64,000 bases of DNA from Yuukianura sp. NJ FZ-2021 (lineage: Eukaryota): NCBI GenBank assembly GCA_046563655.1, contig CM102285.1, positions 434,001 to 498,000 on the forward strand. Direction: 5' to 3'. The position numbers and the translations under genes are program-made. Positions within the stretch are counted from its first letter, which is position 1, and each line of letters begins with the position of its first letter. The notes beneath the pieces were generated by a model that did not search any database, was not told where the DNA came from, and saw only the letters and a list, made by a program, of their open reading frames with translations. Of the stretch, positions 61,661-64,000 are shown one piece after another.

Positions 61661-63000
61661 TTATTTCAAAGAAGCGGTGAATGACGCTGCTCCAGCCAGG
61701 ATTTGATCCAGTTGCGCTGGAAAAGTACTGGCCAGCCACTTCTTGGCTTTAGCTGCCACCAGTTCCCAAGATTCCTTCAAATCTCCCAGCTTTTGATCCA
61801 AGTAGGCCAATGCCAATGCTGTTCCAAATGGGTAATTCCACCACAAGAAAGCCAAAAGTGGAGTTGGGATTTTTTCTCATTTGGAAGCGAGCGTCCTCCT
61901 AAACCAAAAGCCACTCCACTCACCTCCAACCCACCCCACTCACCACCAACCCACTCCACTCACACAAATGTTTTTTCACACTTTCCGCACTTATGCAAGT
62001 GTTTGTTTACATTCAAGTTTTTAAGTTTTAACTTAAATTCTGATTTAAAATTGTTTTAAAACTAACCTATATGGAATGCTGAAAGGGAACGGGAAACTAA
62101 TTTTGCGCCGCACCCTAATGCTACTGCAGCAGCGCACCCTCAAAGGCGCGCCCCACTGCCTAGCTCGGGTTTGGGCAGAGGTGTCCACTCCAGCTCCAAA
62201 TTCCAAAATTCACCTTTTTCAAAAAATTTTTTTTCCATGATGCACTCTATTTGGGAACACGAAACCTATGCCATTCGATTCAGCACACTCGCGGTGTCCA
62301 AATAAGTGAAGTTTCGTATTCCCAATTAGAGTGCATCCAGTTGGGGTGAGCTTTGGAAATCCACCGACCTCCCGTTTGTTTGTTTACATTTTTTTATTTT
62401 TTGACAGAAAAGTGTCACTTTAAACTTAATTTAAAACCCTTTTAATTAGTTTTAATAAAATTAAAAAACATACAGCGCACTTCCAAAACGGTCAGTTAAT
62501 TGTTTTTTAAATTTTTTATTTGATTTTGTAATGTCGATGCGCATGGGTTTGGCTTTCTTGTGGTGGAATTACCCAAATGCCGTGGAGTCCCAACCTTTGA
62601 CACGAGATTCTAAAAAACACAAGAAACAAGGTACGGTAAAACTAGATTGTAAAATTTTAAATAATCCAAGTACTAGTGAAATTTTGTTTGTTCCGTTTTC
62701 CAGGGTTTTCGAGTAAGATTTAAAAGTTCGTACCGGTTTCGAGATCGGTCAAGTTGCAACCAATGGCTGACGCAAAAATGGAACTCAATGGAAATGACCC
62801 GTTGAAAGACTGCGTAGCTACAAGTTTGTGCAGTATGTCATCAGGATTTGAGGAATGAGATGTCGTGTCCATCATGGACCTGATTTGGTCCCGAAGCCAG
62901 GGTGGTTGGACATCTTCGAAGAGACCAAAACACACGGCACTCCCGTCAAGACCCTCGTGGCTGTAGTATCCATTTGTGGTTCTAGGAGAGTCATGTCAGA
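61661..63000 (-). pseudogene. VWA5A-like C-terminal fragment, last exon interrupted by a MITE
   Basis: LHKLVATQSFNGSF..; WDSTAF/GTALALAYLDQK..WELVAAKAKKWL; there is no room for VIT/vWA domains before the neighbouring copy's stop at 63754. Confidence 0.6.
61830..62574. mobile_element. MITE with a 4-bp TSD (Sola-like) inside a coding exon
   Basis: 27-bp TIR GGGTAATTCCACCACAAGAAAGCCAAA; AAAT on both flanks; removal restores S-T-A-F-G-T-A-L-A. Confidence 0.85.
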
Positions 63001-63753
63001 GTAACCGCCGCCATACGTCTTTAGACCTTTTAATAGTTATAAAGAAAAATGTTTTAGACAATTTTTAAACAAAAATTAAAAAATTTTCACAATTTTTACA
63101 ATTTTTTTTTCAAATTTTCTTCGGTTGTATTTTTTTTTTTAGATTTAAATCCGACTCACCAGATATGCCCCTGAGGACGGTATTCGAATAACGAGCTGCT
63201 GAATGTGCTCCAAACAAGACGGTCTTTGGGGCTATACCTCCTGGAACAAAAAAAGCAACTTGAATAACTGGTTCCGTGCAAAAACAATTTGGTGAAAAAG
63301 TCAAAGTGAGAAGATCAAGCGCATATGAACACCCAGCCTAGCCAAACCTTATTTCAGTTGACCTTTTCACTTTTTGACCTTTGTACTTTTTGATATTTTC
63401 ACTTTTTGAGTAATAGCTGCTCAACTTTGAAACGCTGATTGGCCTTGACCTTGAACCTTGGCCTTTTACAAGTTCGAGGTTCAAGGTCAAACTCAAACAC
63501 TAAAATTTTTTTTCTTTTTTAACATTTCATCAAAGCAAACGTACTAAACACACCAAGTAACGAAAATCAGCGCCAGTTATTTAATTGTTCAAATAAATAA
63601 ATTTTAACAATCTGATTTTTAAAATTTTCTAAACCGAAGTCTAACTGGAGTAAAAATGTGTATTATCATGTTGCAAGCATAGGAAAGACATTTTCAGGCA
63701 AGAAAAGCGTCTACAGTTCATTTCTACTTGGGAGATCGGTGAATCGCTGAATA

Positions 63754-63950
63754 TCATTTCAATTTTGAACAGAACTCGTTTGCTCCAGCGATAACGTCTG
63801 CACCAACCAAATTCTCTTCCAGCCACATCCGGCCTACCGTTGCAGCCAAATTCCAGTAGTATTTCAAATGCGGAAACTTCTTTTCGAAGTACGCAAGTGC
63901 CAGCGCAGTCGCAAAAGCCATTGGATCCCATCCCGCTTTCATCCATACTG
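63754..63950 (-). CDS. Last exon of a VWA5A-like gene that continues beyond the window
   Basis: FATALALAYFEKKFPHLKYYWNLAATVGRMWL, paralogous to 61661-61829. Confidence 0.65.
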
Positions 63951-64000
63951 CATTTCAAAAATCCAATTTTACAACATTTTTGAAATTTTTTTCAGAAATT

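Noticed and set aside
61830-62574. In-frame splicing rescue of the Sola-like insertion via the GTAATT donor in its TIR
   Set aside because: The donor is phase 2, while the two nearest AG acceptors checked need phase 1, so the frame is not restored

Overview
This is a eukaryotic, AT-rich, intron-dense window from an invertebrate that looks arthropod-like (inferred from the Pep-like and GH20 genes). In order, it carries: a ~1.36-kb tandem duplication whose junction is a Transib end; NUDT9 (-) and SMC1 (+), divergent and separated by ~4.4 kb of mostly nested DNA transposons; a Pep/CIZ1-like zinc-finger gene (-); a full-length ABCB/P-glycoprotein-like gene (+) with both ATPase sites degenerate and a hAT-like element inside an exon; a serine carboxypeptidase (-); an orphan gene (+); an ADAM10/17-like gene (-) and a GH20 hexosaminidase (-), both with altered catalytic motifs; an intron-containing secreted PHB/PHA depolymerase (-); a four-repeat single-chain CNGK-like channel (+); a BTB-like gene (+); and VWA5A-like 3' fragments (-), one interrupted by a MITE. 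Many non-autonomous transposons have readable TIRs and TSDs (MULE-, hAT-, Transib-, Tc1/pogo- and Sola-like). A tRNA-derived repeat family and several minisatellites are also present. Exon boundaries were read by eye from GT-AG sites and reading frame, and protein identities come from recognised motifs; no database search was run.
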